64,000 nt of DNA from Escherichia phage TH09. The DNA is taken from the sequence record MT446387.1; one strand, written 5' to 3'. The notes under the pieces were generated by a model. That model was not told the origin of the DNA. It saw only the letters and a program-made list of their open reading frames with translations, and did not search any database. Positions 42,342 through 52,215 of this stretch are shown here, piece after piece; within the stretch, counting starts at the first letter, position 1, and each line of letters opens with the position of its first letter. The position numbers and the translations under genes were made by a program.

Positions 42342-42644
42342 ATGTTATACTCAAAGGCTCGTGAAATTTACGAAACTAAAATTAAAGAAGCAGTATTTCA
42401 GTTCGCAACAACGATGCGATGGACAAATGATTGGGAATACTCCAAGAATCATAAGAAGCCCTTGGTGACAAGAAAGGCTCATATGTTAGTGTTAATAGAC
42501 CGTGAGCAGATTAAAGCCCGAGAAGCCCTCCAGAATCATAAAAAGGCTGCCTTTGAATGGTTTATGGATAACACTGCTCCTGAGACTAAGAAAGCAGTGA
42601 GTGCGTGGTTCAGTGGAAAAAATTGTGAAAGAAGTTTCTTTTAG
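42342..42644 (+). CDS. hypothetical protein
   Basis: ATG at 42342 with GGAGG SD (track starts at 42330); about 100 aa. Confidence 0.55.
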   Translation: MLYSKAREIYETKIKEAVFQFATTMRWTNDWEYSKNHKKPLVTRKAHMLVLIDREQIKAREALQNHKKAAFEWFMDNTAPETKKAVSAWFSGKNCERSFF

Positions 42645-42646
42645 TT

Positions 42647-42676
42647 GTTTACAATACCGTTCCTCTGTGGTACTAT
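42647..42676 (+). promoter_or_regulatory. T4-type early promoter
   Basis: GTTTAC (42647-42652), 18-nt spacer, TGG-TACTAT (42671-42676) within GGTACTATACAACTATC. Confidence 0.55.
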
Positions 42677-42704
42677 ACAACTATCAACTACGGAGGAACA
42701 CAAA

Positions 42705-43232
42705 ATGAACGCTAAAGATATTTTCAACCTGGTAAATTACAACGATGGTAAATTTAAATCAGAAGCACAAAGCAAGTTCTTTAATGACATCTCAATTGGA
42801 GGTGAAATCACTGTTGATGGAGGACAAATTTACAAATCCCGTTGGAATTGGATCGTTATTATTGACGAGATCGGTATTGTAGAAATTTACAAGAATACGA
42901 ATAAAAATCGTACATTACACTGGTCTCGTGATACTAACGAACAGTACAAAAAGGATAAAGCATCTAAATTATCTCGTGTAACTCAAGAAGATATTGAGTT
43001 CATCAAGAAAGATATTTTGATGTATGATAACTTAATTGCTGAAGAGCAAGCTGTTATTGATAAATTTGACGAGATTAAAGCTTCTCGTGAAATTCCTGAT
43101 TTTATGAAAGAATCAGTAAATGAACGATACAATCTCATTTCAGAGCGTATTGAAACTTACAAAAAGCAAAGAGCTGAACGCCAGAACACTCTTCGGAAGT
43201 TTGAAGAACGGTTAAAGACGGTACTCGCATAA
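42705..43232 (+). CDS. hypothetical protein
   Basis: ATG at 42705 with GGAGG SD (track starts upstream inside promoter); about 175 aa, helical C-terminus. Confidence 0.55.
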   Translation: MNAKDIFNLVNYNDGKFKSEAQSKFFNDISIGGEITVDGGQIYKSRWNWIVIIDEIGIVEIYKNTNKNRTLHWSRDTNEQYKKDKASKLSRVTQEDIEFIKKDILMYDNLIAEEQAVIDKFDEIKASREIPDFMKESVNERYNLISERIETYKKQRAERQNTLRKFEERLKTVLA

Positions 43233-43287
43233 CCGCTTTATACCAAGGATGGTATAATGGTTCTAAGCCCTTTTAATTGAGATTATT

Positions 43288-43695
43288 ATGAAACAGTTGA
43301 TAATTAAAAGATTGAATTTATTGATATGTTGTTTATGTATAGCAATTGCATATGGTTATTATGCTATTAATGATTATATGCATTATAAAGATTATGATGT
43401 TACTGTAGTTAATACCTTTACAGGAACTCAAGGAAAGGGGTCTAGTTTATCGTTTATTGCCGTATATGAACTAAATGACGGTTATAGATTTAGCGAATAT
43501 ATTTCACCGGAGATGTATTCTTCAATAGAAAAAGGTGATAATATTACTGTAAGTTTACGTCCTTTCGACGTAAAACAGACATTGTTTGATAATATTGTTT
43601 GGTTCTTTGGAATGGTATTAGTTCAATCTGTGTGTGGTGCTTATATAGTCTGTTCCATCTTATTCTGTATATTTAGTAAAATTGAAATTGAGTGA
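43288..43695 (+). CDS. membrane protein
   Basis: 135 aa with N- and C-terminal hydrophobic helices; upstream tggTATAAT extended -10-like element. Confidence 0.55.
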   Translation: MKQLIIKRLNLLICCLCIAIAYGYYAINDYMHYKDYDVTVVNTFTGTQGKGSSLSFIAVYELNDGYRFSEYISPEMYSSIEKGDNITVSLRPFDVKQTLFDNIVWFFGMVLVQSVCGAYIVCSILFCIFSKIEIE

Positions 43696-43702
43696 GGAAA
43701 AT

Positions 43703-44590
43703 ATGTCAGTAGTAATTAATAATGTCAATGCAGTAATTAAATCTTTAGTTAATAAAAAATTGAATGAATGGACTGTACTTCGTCGTGGAGAGCCAGATAA
43801 ATTTTTTCATAGATTTAACCCAACTTTGGATTTGAATGTTATTGACAGAGATGTTCATGCAGAAATTTTAGATAAGTTTAAAGTTGATATTGGATTTGGA
43901 TTAGAAAAACATTTACAGCGAACAAACGGATCTGGAATGAGTTTATCTAATCGCATTATGAAAGCACTTAATAAAATTGGAGCATTGTCTCGTATTAACG
44001 CGAGTGAAATCCTTCGCAATTATAATAAAGGATACGACCTTTATGGTCGACTAATGCCGAAATTATCATTTGACCAAATGATTGCGGATTTGTGGGAAAA
44101 TCAACGACGATTATTAGCATTAGGCGCTCGATTAGCTAAAGGTCTAGATAAACAAATGATTTTTAAGACCAATAATACAGAAGACCTTAAATGCTTTAAA
44201 TTTAGTATTCGCGGAGATGATTATTACATCAGAGCTCGCTCTACAGATTATGTTAATATGGGGCATCATCTCTGTTTAGCTTTTGAAGTTTTAAAAGAAG
44301 TCGGAACATTAGAATATTCATCTGGTGCAAAATGTCCAATTGGTTCAAGTTGTATTTTAATTTATCGCCCGGATGAATCCAGTTCAACTAAATTGCCTAC
44401 AAAACCTGTACCAGTTCGTAGTAACGAAAAACATTCTGAACAAATTGATTATTTTAATAAGCAAATTGAAGAGCTGAATATTTCTATTCAACAGTATGAC
44501 GATGAAATTTTCAGACTATCTGGATTGAGTAGTAAAGCTAAATCTGAGCGTGAAAAATTAATTAAAATTGTTGATTTACTTAAATCTTAA
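43703..44590 (+). CDS. coiled-coil-tailed protein, paralogue 1 of 4
   Basis: ATG at 43703 with GAGGAA SD; about 295 aa; C-terminal heptad segment ...EQIDYFNKQIEELNISIQQYDDEIFRLSG... Confidence 0.6.
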   Translation: MSVVINNVNAVIKSLVNKKLNEWTVLRRGEPDKFFHRFNPTLDLNVIDRDVHAEILDKFKVDIGFGLEKHLQRTNGSGMSLSNRIMKALNKIGALSRINASEILRNYNKGYDLYGRLMPKLSFDQMIADLWENQRRLLALGARLAKGLDKQMIFKTNNTEDLKCFKFSIRGDDYYIRARSTDYVNMGHHLCLAFEVLKEVGTLEYSSGAKCPIGSSCILIYRPDESSSTKLPTKPVPVRSNEKHSEQIDYFNKQIEELNISIQQYDDEIFRLSGLSSKAKSEREKLIKIVDLLKS

Positions 44591-44598
44591 GGAACACT

Positions 44599-45624
44599 AT
44601 GAAAACTCGTTCTCAAATTGAAGATATGGTTCGTAATGCCAGCTATACTCGTGATGTTATGACATTTTTGTGCCAAAATAATTTAGACCCTGATAAAGTT
44701 AATCGTGATATTCACTTTAAGTATATGAATAGCAGTGAATGGTTACGTCATTTTGATAAAGCTGGATATATTACACAAATGACTGCTCGTGAGCAGCTCA
44801 CCGATTTCTGTAAAACTATTGATTATAAAAATCCTCTATTTGTTCAAGGCGTCGGTCAGAGTAAGGTTGATTTATCAACAGGATTTTTTAATCCAAATCA
44901 TTATCGTCTTGAATGGAGATTTATTGCTCTATTCCGTAAACAATTAAAGCAAATTTTGTCTACTGCTAGTCGATTAAAAGGCTCTGATATTAACTTAAAG
45001 AATTTGAAATTTGATGGTTATACTCTTCAGATGGAAGTAAGACCGTTAAAAGAAAATAATAGAACTGCACGAATTAGCTTTAAACCTAATACAAAAAATT
45101 CTCTTTCAATTTGTGAATGTCTTAAATCACAGTTGACAGAAGCATTTAAGTATATGGATGTTGTTGCTGCTGTTCAATCTAAGATTTTACCTCGTTTTGA
45201 ACGATTTAAATTAGACACAACAACATATGAACTTGATATGGTTGTTTCATTTAAATATGATTTTTTGAGAAAGGACGAAGTCCCGCAAGAGAAAAAGCAG
45301 GAAGTACAAGATAACTTAAATTTAAATTTATCCAATTACTTATCAAACGATCCTAAATTTTGGATGTATAGTTCAGGTAATAAAGATGCATGGAAATTTA
45401 ATAAAGTGAATTTTCTTCCTATTGAAAATCCGAGTCTTAAACCTGTTGAAAAATGGCATGCAGATGCGATTGAGAAGTCTATCAAGGCAGTAGATGATGA
45501 ACTCGTTAAAGCAACTAATGAAGTGCTAGAAGCTGAAAAGATGTTGGAAAAAGCTCAAGAAAAAGTCAAAAATCTTACGAAGCAACGTTCTAAACTGAAC
45601 AATGCACTAAATGCACTGAACTAG
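44599..45624 (+). CDS. coiled-coil-tailed protein, paralogue 2 of 4
   Basis: 341 aa; C-terminal coiled coil ...DDELVKATNEVLEAEKMLEKAQEKVKNLTKQRSKLNNALNALN. Confidence 0.6.
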   Translation: MKTRSQIEDMVRNASYTRDVMTFLCQNNLDPDKVNRDIHFKYMNSSEWLRHFDKAGYITQMTAREQLTDFCKTIDYKNPLFVQGVGQSKVDLSTGFFNPNHYRLEWRFIALFRKQLKQILSTASRLKGSDINLKNLKFDGYTLQMEVRPLKENNRTARISFKPNTKNSLSICECLKSQLTEAFKYMDVVAAVQSKILPRFERFKLDTTTYELDMVVSFKYDFLRKDEVPQEKKQEVQDNLNLNLSNYLSNDPKFWMYSSGNKDAWKFNKVNFLPIENPSLKPVEKWHADAIEKSIKAVDDELVKATNEVLEAEKMLEKAQEKVKNLTKQRSKLNNALNALN

Positions 45625-45653
45625 TTTACTTTGCCACAAGGATGTGGTATAAT
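45624..45653 (+). promoter_or_regulatory. T4-type early promoter
   Basis: GTTTAC (45624-45629, overlapping upstream stop), 18-nt spacer containing hairpin ccaca-AGGA-tgtgg, TGG-TATAAT (45648-45653). Confidence 0.6.
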
Positions 45654-45681
45654 GTTCTTACTTTCTACTGAGGAGATTAAT

Positions 45682-46683
45682 ATGACTCGTAACGAATATA
45701 TCAAATCATTCAATAGCGTTATTGATGATAAAGCTATACCGATGTTTGGTCAAAATATCGTTCTTTCTATTATCAATCAATGGCTCAATAGTGTTGATGC
45801 AAGTATTGTTTCTTCTACTAAATTTATTCATGAAATTCGTAAAATTTCTAGCCGTGTAGATAAAGATGTTATCAAGAAAACTTTTAAAGAGTCTCGTCTT
45901 CTTTCATATTTGGTTAATCGGGATATTCTTGGTAATTTTGGGAAAGAAATTAAACGAACCAAAGATGTAGTAGGATATAATTGGTTCGGTGATGTTAATT
46001 CTTATCATCTTAATAATAAAGAAGACCCTGAGAATATTTTTACTCGTCGTTGGATTAGTAATTTCAGACTTTTCAAAGGACAAATTCTAAAATCAGCTTC
46101 TAAATTATGTTATGGCGATTATCGTCAAATTCATCCTTTGGCTTCTGATATGATTATCGTAAAAGAATATGAGCTTGATGAAAATAAAGTAGCTATTTTT
46201 GTGAATTATGGATTTTTTACACCAAACGCTAACCAAAAGAATATTAATAAATTTTTCTCAATTGCTAGCACTATAACTCGTCAGTTAGAGACTGCATTAC
46301 TTTGTATGGAAACAGTAGAAAATATTCATACATATCCTTTTAAGAATATATGCGGATGGGAAGGATATAAAATTGTAATTAGTCTTCGTGAAGTGAAATG
46401 TGCTTATTCACTGACTGATAAAGAAATTTACCAACAAAAATGTGATGAAATTGTGAATACTCCTAAAGAAGAAACTACCCTTGAGGAATTAATGGAATGT
46501 CTTGACGATTCACCTGAATCGGTAGAAATTCGTCCAGAAGTTATTGCACTAGAAAAAGCTTATAAAGAAGTTCTAGAAATTTCTAATAAAGCGCAGAAAG
46601 AATATGAGCAGGCTAAAAAGATTTGGGAAGAATCTGTCAATCGCTTGGATCGTCTTGAACAAGCTTTACAGTTAATTAAGTAA
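45682..46683 (+). CDS. coiled-coil-tailed protein, paralogue 3 of 4
   Basis: ATG at 45682 with GAGGAG SD (track starts inside promoter at 45631); about 333 aa; C-terminal coiled coil ...ALEKAYKEVLEISNKAQKEYEQAKKIWEESVNRLDRLEQALQLIK. Confidence 0.6.
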   Translation: MTRNEYIKSFNSVIDDKAIPMFGQNIVLSIINQWLNSVDASIVSSTKFIHEIRKISSRVDKDVIKKTFKESRLLSYLVNRDILGNFGKEIKRTKDVVGYNWFGDVNSYHLNNKEDPENIFTRRWISNFRLFKGQILKSASKLCYGDYRQIHPLASDMIIVKEYELDENKVAIFVNYGFFTPNANQKNINKFFSIASTITRQLETALLCMETVENIHTYPFKNICGWEGYKIVISLREVKCAYSLTDKEIYQQKCDEIVNTPKEETTLEELMECLDDSPESVEIRPEVIALEKAYKEVLEISNKAQKEYEQAKKIWEESVNRLDRLEQALQLIK

Positions 46684-46735
46684 TTTAAAGCCAAGGATGG
46701 CTCGGAGCATAAATCATTAACCAAGTGAGAAGAAC

Positions 46736-47665
46736 ATGAAAACTCGTAAACATTACATTGATTATTTTGACAGTCTTATTACTAAACATCGTAATTATCA
46801 GATCGGACACAGAGCAGTAATCAATAATATTCTTCGTGATTTCCTTCAATATGTTGGCCAGGAAAATCATATCTGTAAAGATACTCAAAACGCTTATTCT
46901 CATTCGTTAGGTAATTTGCTTGAATGGTTTAAACGTTCTCGTATGTTATCTTCTACTGTAGCTCACGATAACATTAAAAACTTTATGAAGCCGAGCTTTA
47001 TTAAATCTGAGACATCTATAACCGATTTGGTTGAATTTACTATTGTTAACGATGTTAAAAAGACTCATTTGGCTGATTGGTTATCTACCATTCCTGAAAC
47101 TAAATTTGCTGATAAATTTGCTTGTCAATTCAATGACCAAGTGAATATGCTTTTTAAGCATGCTCGCAAACTGTTTACCGCGGGTGATGACCGTACAAAT
47201 ACAGTTCATGTTAAGGACTGGGTTATTGCTGATGAAGTAACACACAAGCCAGGTGGTTCATCAGTATTAATTAATATCCAGGTTCCTTATTATTACTCAC
47301 GTAATCTCGGCACCATGACAGCTAAAGAAATTAATAAGCACAACAAAACTATTCGTTCGTTGTCTTATAAACTCCGCATGATGTTAAAAATTATGGACGT
47401 AGTGGAAATGTATGACGAAACCGAAGATAATGGTTCAATGTTATACAGTTCACGCATTCTAATTAAACTGAAGAACCCTAATACATATAAGACAGTTGTA
47501 AAAGAGCCTAAAGTAGAAAAGGTTGATAATCTGAGTGAAGAACGTGAATATCTCAATGCCCGTTTGATTGAAGTTGAAGCCCAAATTGCAGAACACACCA
47601 AATTGTTAAAAGCTCTTAATGCAAAAGCAAATGGTTTACGTAATGCTATTGAGGTATTGAAATGA
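46736..47665 (+). CDS. coiled-coil-tailed protein, paralogue 4 of 4
   Basis: 309 aa; C-terminal coiled coil ...[44 protein letters not shown]. Confidence 0.6.
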   Translation: MKTRKHYIDYFDSLITKHRNYQIGHRAVINNILRDFLQYVGQENHICKDTQNAYSHSLGNLLEWFKRSRMLSSTVAHDNIKNFMKPSFIKSETSITDLVEFTIVNDVKKTHLADWLSTIPETKFADKFACQFNDQVNMLFKHARKLFTAGDDRTNTVHVKDWVIADEVTHKPGGSSVLINIQVPYYYSRNLGTMTAKEINKHNKTIRSLSYKLRMMLKIMDVVEMYDETEDNGSMLYSSRILIKLKNPNTYKTVVKEPKVEKVDNLSEEREYLNARLIEVEAQIAEHTKLLKALNAKANGLRNAIEVLK

Positions 47666-48051
47666 AAAAGCGTTTATTAGAAGACATTGCAGCTTCAAGT
47701 AATTCCAGTTTAATTAAAATTATTATGGCTGGTGAGGAAGATGATATGGAAATGCGTGGAAAGATTCACGGCTGCGACGATTTAGATTTTAAACCTCCAG
47801 CATGGGATGCTATTATGGTTATGGTTGAACGACGTGAAAGAGCTTCTAAAAACGTTCCTAATTGCCCTGAATGCGGTACTGAACAAGTTCAATTGATTAA
47901 CTGGCGTAAACCAGAGCTTGAATATAAATGCCGTCAATGTAAACATAAATTCAGTAAGCATGCTCCGGAAATGGTTAAATTGCCTGACTCTACTGAGTTC
48001 TTTAAAGAACTTGTGAGTGTTCAACCAATGCCTAATAATATTTTGGATTAA
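47662..48051 (+). CDS. zinc-ribbon protein
   Basis: 129 aa; CPECG...CRQC motif; ATGA overlap with upstream gene. Confidence 0.55.
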   Translation: MKKRLLEDIAASSNSSLIKIIMAGEEDDMEMRGKIHGCDDLDFKPPAWDAIMVMVERRERASKNVPNCPECGTEQVQLINWRKPELEYKCRQCKHKFSKHAPEMVKLPDSTEFFKELVSVQPMPNNILD

Positions 48052-48053
48052 AA

Positions 48054-48296
48054 ATGACCAAGCGTAAAGAATATATGGAGACTGCTGAAAAGGCAGTCCG
48101 TGAATTAGCAATAGCTTATTATAATGAACACGGTAAATTTCCTGATAGATGCAGCGTGCTTAAATCTGCTTTAACTCGTTCATACAAAAATATGCTATCA
48201 GAAGTAAGTGATATTATATACAAACATAAAGAACAAACAGGCCAAAGTCTTGATTACGATGAGACTTTTAAACAAGTACTAGGAATTAAGGAATAA
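48054..48296 (+). CDS. hypothetical small protein
   Basis: 80-aa ORF immediately upstream of nrdC. Confidence 0.55.
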   Translation: MTKRKEYMETAEKAVRELAIAYYNEHGKFPDRCSVLKSALTRSYKNMLSEVSDIIYKHKEQTGQSLDYDETFKQVLGIKE

Positions 48297-48297
48297 T

Positions 48298-48561
48298 ATG
48301 TTTAAAGTATATGGTTATGATAGCAACATCCATAAATGTGTGTATTGTGATAATGCAAAGCGTCTTTTGACCGTGAAGAAACAGCCGTTTGAATTTATCA
48401 ACATTATGCCGGAAAAAGGTGTTTTTGATGATGAGAAAATCGCTGAGCTTCTGACTAAACTAGGTCGTGATACTCAAATCGGCTTGACAATGCCCCAGGT
48501 ATTTGCTCCTGATGGAAGTCATATTGGTGGATTTGACCAACTGCGAGAATATTTTAAATGA
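48298..48561 (+). CDS. nrdC: glutaredoxin/thioredoxin NrdC
   Basis: 87 aa, MFKVYGYDSNIHKCVYCDNAKRLL... with CVYC redox motif; same size as T4 NrdC. Confidence 0.93.
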   Translation: MFKVYGYDSNIHKCVYCDNAKRLLTVKKQPFEFINIMPEKGVFDDEKIAELLTKLGRDTQIGLTMPQVFAPDGSHIGGFDQLREYFK

Positions 48562-48773
48562 TGCTCGAAGGAACTGACTATATTCATGATTACCGCGGAA
48601 GCGCGGTATATGTAGGTGATGAAGTTGCAGTTTATTATGGGTATGGAACTTTGATGACAGCCAAGGTTATTCAAATTAAAAATAACCGTGCTAAACTTGA
48701 AGTTTATTATTCTAATGGCGAAAAGTCTATTTCTAAGTGGAAATATGGCGATTGTATGGTTAAACTGGGGTAA
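48558..48773 (+). CDS. hypothetical small protein
   Basis: 71-aa ORF, ATGA overlap with nrdC. Confidence 0.5.
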   Translation: MMLEGTDYIHDYRGSAVYVGDEVAVYYGYGTLMTAKVIQIKNNRAKLEVYYSNGEKSISKWKYGDCMVKLG

Positions 48774-48775
48774 AT

Positions 48776-48946
48776 ATGATTTACGATATTAGTGTATCAA
48801 GAACTCCGTCAATGGTTACTATTCCAGCCGAAGAACTAGATCGTCTTCAGAAAATTGAAGAACTTCTTTGGGAAATTGAATGTGACCTGCCATCGGGGCT
48901 AGAATCCTGGATTGATGATGAAGAACTTAATAAATTGCGAAATTAA
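48776..48946 (+). CDS. hypothetical small protein (below ORF-track cut-off)
   Basis: 56-codon ORF from ATG 48776 (MIYDISVSRTPSMVTIPAEELDRLQKIEELLWEIE...). Confidence 0.4.
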   Translation: MIYDISVSRTPSMVTIPAEELDRLQKIEELLWEIECDLPSGLESWIDDEELNKLRN

Positions 48947-48956
48947 TTGGTGAAAA

Positions 48957-49277
48957 ATGACTATTGAAAATAAATTAGATGTTGATGCAGTTCTGAGCGA
49001 AATCATTGAAGACCATGATGCATTTTCGGAAAACTATGATTTCGATTTTTCCGATTATCTTAAACCTGTCGAAATAGAAGACTGGGTGCAAGATGGTAAA
49101 TGTCAATATCGTCAGTGTGTTTACTTTAGTCCAAAACATAATGTACATGTGGCTGTAAATGAATCTCGGTCAGGTTCTTATCATTCTGACTGGTATTATG
49201 CAGTTCCGACTGTTGAACTAGTCGAGCCCCATGAACGTGTAGTAACTCAGACAGTACGAGAATGGATTACGCTATAA
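48957..49277 (+). CDS. hypothetical acidic protein
   Basis: 106-aa ORF. Confidence 0.55.
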   Translation: MTIENKLDVDAVLSEIIEDHDAFSENYDFDFSDYLKPVEIEDWVQDGKCQYRQCVYFSPKHNVHVAVNESRSGSYHSDWYYAVPTVELVEPHERVVTQTVREWITL

Positions 49278-49400
49278 AACCTTGGTGGGCGGCTAGATGG
49301 GAAACTGTAGAGCCAGAGCCGGAAGAACCGGTTTACACTGATGAAGAAACAGTATATAATGAACCAACGATAAATGACTTAATTGATATGGAGATGGGAC

Positions 49401-49886
49401 ATGATTACAGTAGATAAGTGGTTTAGAATTAATCGTGCTGATACAGGGCTGTGTAATTACTGGCCGGAACTTAGTGCAGGTACTGTCTTTAAAGTTCGTG
49501 AACTTGCAAAAGAATGTGAAGATGATATAGAGCCTGATACTGGAATTATTGAAATTGAACTTTCTGATGGAAAGATTATTAACATCTACGATAAGCCAAT
49601 TACGTATTGGTGCTTGTGGAATACTGAATCAGTAGAAAATGGCGAAATTGAAGAAGTTGTAGATAGAACTAATCAAGTTGTTCAGAAGCCTAAAGCTGAT
49701 TTTCAAGGTGAACGTATTTCATACGCATTAGCTAAATTAGCTGCACAAGAAAATAACGATGGCTATGAAGGAAATTTAATGCAAGCTGCCGCAGAGTACA
49801 TTGAATGGCTTGAAACTCAAATTTCTTTTTCTGACCAAAAGATTCGGCAATATAAGCGATTGAATCAAATGTTTTACAATACTTGA
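49401..49886 (+). CDS. pin: protease inhibitor Pin-like protein
   Basis: ATG at 49401 with GGAG SD gives 161 aa (T4 Pin size, memory); position between nrdC and 49 as in T4. Confidence 0.6.
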   Translation: MITVDKWFRINRADTGLCNYWPELSAGTVFKVRELAKECEDDIEPDTGIIEIELSDGKIINIYDKPITYWCLWNTESVENGEIEEVVDRTNQVVQKPKADFQGERISYALAKLAAQENNDGYEGNLMQAAAEYIEWLETQISFSDQKIRQYKRLNQMFYNT

Positions 49887-49927
49887 AAATAATAAATACC
49901 CTTATCTATTTAAGGTAAGGGTTTATT

Positions 49928-50401
49928 ATGTTATTGACTGGCAAATTATATAAAGAAGAAAAACAGAAATTTTATGATGCACAAAATGGTAAATGTTTAA
50001 TTTGCCAACGAGAACTAAATCCTGATGTTCAAGCTAATCACCTCGACCATGACCATGAATTAAATGGACCAAAAGCAGGAAAGGTACGTGGATTGCTTTG
50101 TAATCTCTGCAATGCCGCAGAAGGTCAAATGAAACATAAATTTAATCGTTCTGGCTTAAAGGGGCAAGGTGTTGATTATCTTGAATGGTTAGAAAATTTA
50201 CTTACTTATTTAAAATCCGATTACACCCAAAATAATATTCACCCTAACTTTGTTGGAGATAAATCAAAGGAATTTTCTCGTTTAGGAAAAGAGGAAATGA
50301 TGGCTGAGATGCTTCAAAGAGGATTTGAATATAATGAATCTGACACTAAAACACAATTAATAGCTTCATTTAAGAAGCAGCTTAGAAAGAGTTTAAAATG
50401 A
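49928..50401 (+). CDS. 49: endonuclease VII (Holliday junction resolvase) gp49
   Basis: 157 aa; zinc/H-N-H-like CLIC...HLDHDH...CNLCN; same size as T4 gp49; ATGA overlap with nrdD. Confidence 0.9.
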   Translation: MLLTGKLYKEEKQKFYDAQNGKCLICQRELNPDVQANHLDHDHELNGPKAGKVRGLLCNLCNAAEGQMKHKFNRSGLKGQGVDYLEWLENLLTYLKSDYTQNNIHPNFVGDKSKEFSRLGKEEMMAEMLQRGFEYNESDTKTQLIASFKKQLRKSLK

Positions 50402-52215
50402 CAATTGAAAAAGAAATTGAAGGATTGATTCATAAAACTAATAAAGACCTTTTAAACGAGAATGCTAATAAAGATTCTCGTGTTTTTCCAACTCAACGGG
50501 ACCTTATGGCTGGTATTGTGTCTAAACACATTGCCAAAAATATGGTCCCGTCTTTTATTATGAAAGCGCATGAAAGCGGAATTATTCATTTCCATGATAT
50601 TGATTATTCCCCTGCTCTTCCATTTACTAATTGTTGTTTAGTAGATTTAAAAGGAATGCTTGAGAACGGATTTAAGCTTGGCAATGCGCAGATTGAAACT
50701 CCTAAATCAATTGGCGTTGCTACTGCAATTATGGCACAAATTACTGCGCAAGTTGCTTCCCATCAATATGGCGGAACGACTTTTGCGAATGTAGATAAAG
50801 TACTTTCTCCTTATGTTAAACGCACCTATGCAAAACATATTGAGGATGCAGAAAAATGGCAAATCGCTGATGCGTTGAATTATGCTCAATCTAAAACAGA
50901 AAAAGACGTATACGATGCATTCCAAGCTTATGAATATGAAGTAAATACTCTCTTTAGTTCAAACGGACAAACACCTTTTGTAACAATTACATTTGGTACA
51001 GGAACTGACTGGACTGAACGAATGATTCAGAAAGCAATTCTGAAAAATCGTATTAAAGGTCTCGGTCGTGATGGGATAACTCCTATTTTCCCTAAGCTTG
51101 TTATGTTCGTTGAAGAAGGTGTTAATCTTTACAAAGACGATCCGAACTATGATATTAAACAGCTTGCTCTAGAGTGCGCAAGCAAAAGGATGTATCCTGA
51201 TATTATTTCAGCTAAGAACAATAAAGCTATCACCGGCTCATCTATTCCTGTTTCTCCAATGGGTTGTCGTAGTTTCTTGAGCGTATGGAAAGATTCGACT
51301 GGCAATGAAATTCTTGATGGACGTAATAATCTCGGTGTTGTAACACTGAATCTTCCTCGTATCGCGTTAGATTCTTATATTGGAACACAATTCAATGAAC
51401 AGAAATTTGTTGAATTGTTCAATGAACGAATGGATTTATGTTTTGAAGCATTGATGTGTAGAATTAGTTCCTTAAAAGGAGTTAAAGCGACTGTTGCTCC
51501 TATTCTTTACCAAGAAGGTGCATTCGGGGTTCGTCTTAAACCTGATGACGATATAATTGAGTTATTTAAAAATGGCAGAAGTTCAGTGTCTCTAGGATAC
51601 ATTGGTATTCACGAATTGAATATTCTTGTCGGTCGTGATATTGGACAAGAAATTTTAACTAAAATGAATGCTCATCTTAAGCAGTGGACTGAAAGAACTG
51701 GGTTTGCTTTTAGTTTATATTCGACTCCTGCTGAAAACCTTTGTTATCGCTTCTGTAAACTTGATACAGAAAAATATGGAAGCGTAAAAGATGTTACTGA
51801 TAAAGGCTGGTACACTAATAGTTTCCATGTTTCAGTAGAAGAAAATATTACTCCGTTTGAAAAGATTTCTCGTGAAGCGCCATATCATTTCATTGCGACA
51901 GGTGGTCACATTTCTTATGTTGAACTTCCTGATATGAAAAATAATCTAAAAGGTCTTGAGGCCGTATGGGATTATGCTGCACAGCATTTAGATTATTTTG
52001 GTGTTAACATGCCAGTAGATAAGTGTTTTACATGCGGAAGTACTCATGAAATGACTCCTACTGAAAACGGATTTGTTTGTTCTATCTGTGGAGAAACTGA
52101 TCCTAAAAAGATGAACACAATAAGAAGAACATGTGGTTATTTGGGAAATCCGAACGAACGCGGATTTAATCTTGGCAAAAATAAAGAAATCATGCATAGG
52201 GTTAAACACCAATGA
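50398..52215 (+). CDS. nrdD: anaerobic ribonucleoside-triphosphate reductase NrdD
   Basis: 605 aa, uninterrupted; C-terminal zinc ribbon CFTCGS...CSICG and glycyl-radical motif RRTCGYLGNP. Confidence 0.95.
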   Translation: MTIEKEIEGLIHKTNKDLLNENANKDSRVFPTQRDLMAGIVSKHIAKNMVPSFIMKAHESGIIHFHDIDYSPALPFTNCCLVDLKGMLENGFKLGNAQIETPKSIGVATAIMAQITAQVASHQYGGTTFANVDKVLSPYVKRTYAKHIEDAEKWQIADALNYAQSKTEKDVYDAFQAYEYEVNTLFSSNGQTPFVTITFGTGTDWTERMIQKAILKNRIKGLGRDGITPIFPKLVMFVEEGVNLYKDDPNYDIKQLALECASKRMYPDIISAKNNKAITGSSIPVSPMGCRSFLSVWKDSTGNEILDGRNNLGVVTLNLPRIALDSYIGTQFNEQKFVELFNERMDLCFEALMCRISSLKGVKATVAPILYQEGAFGVRLKPDDDIIELFKNGRSSVSLGYIGIHELNILVGRDIGQEILTKMNAHLKQWTERTGFAFSLYSTPAENLCYRFCKLDTEKYGSVKDVTDKGWYTNSFHVSVEENITPFEKISREAPYHFIATGGHISYVELPDMKNNLKGLEAVWDYAAQHLDYFGVNMPVDKCFTCGSTHEMTPTENGFVCSICGETDPKKMNTIRRTCGYLGNPNERGFNLGKNKEIMHRVKHQ

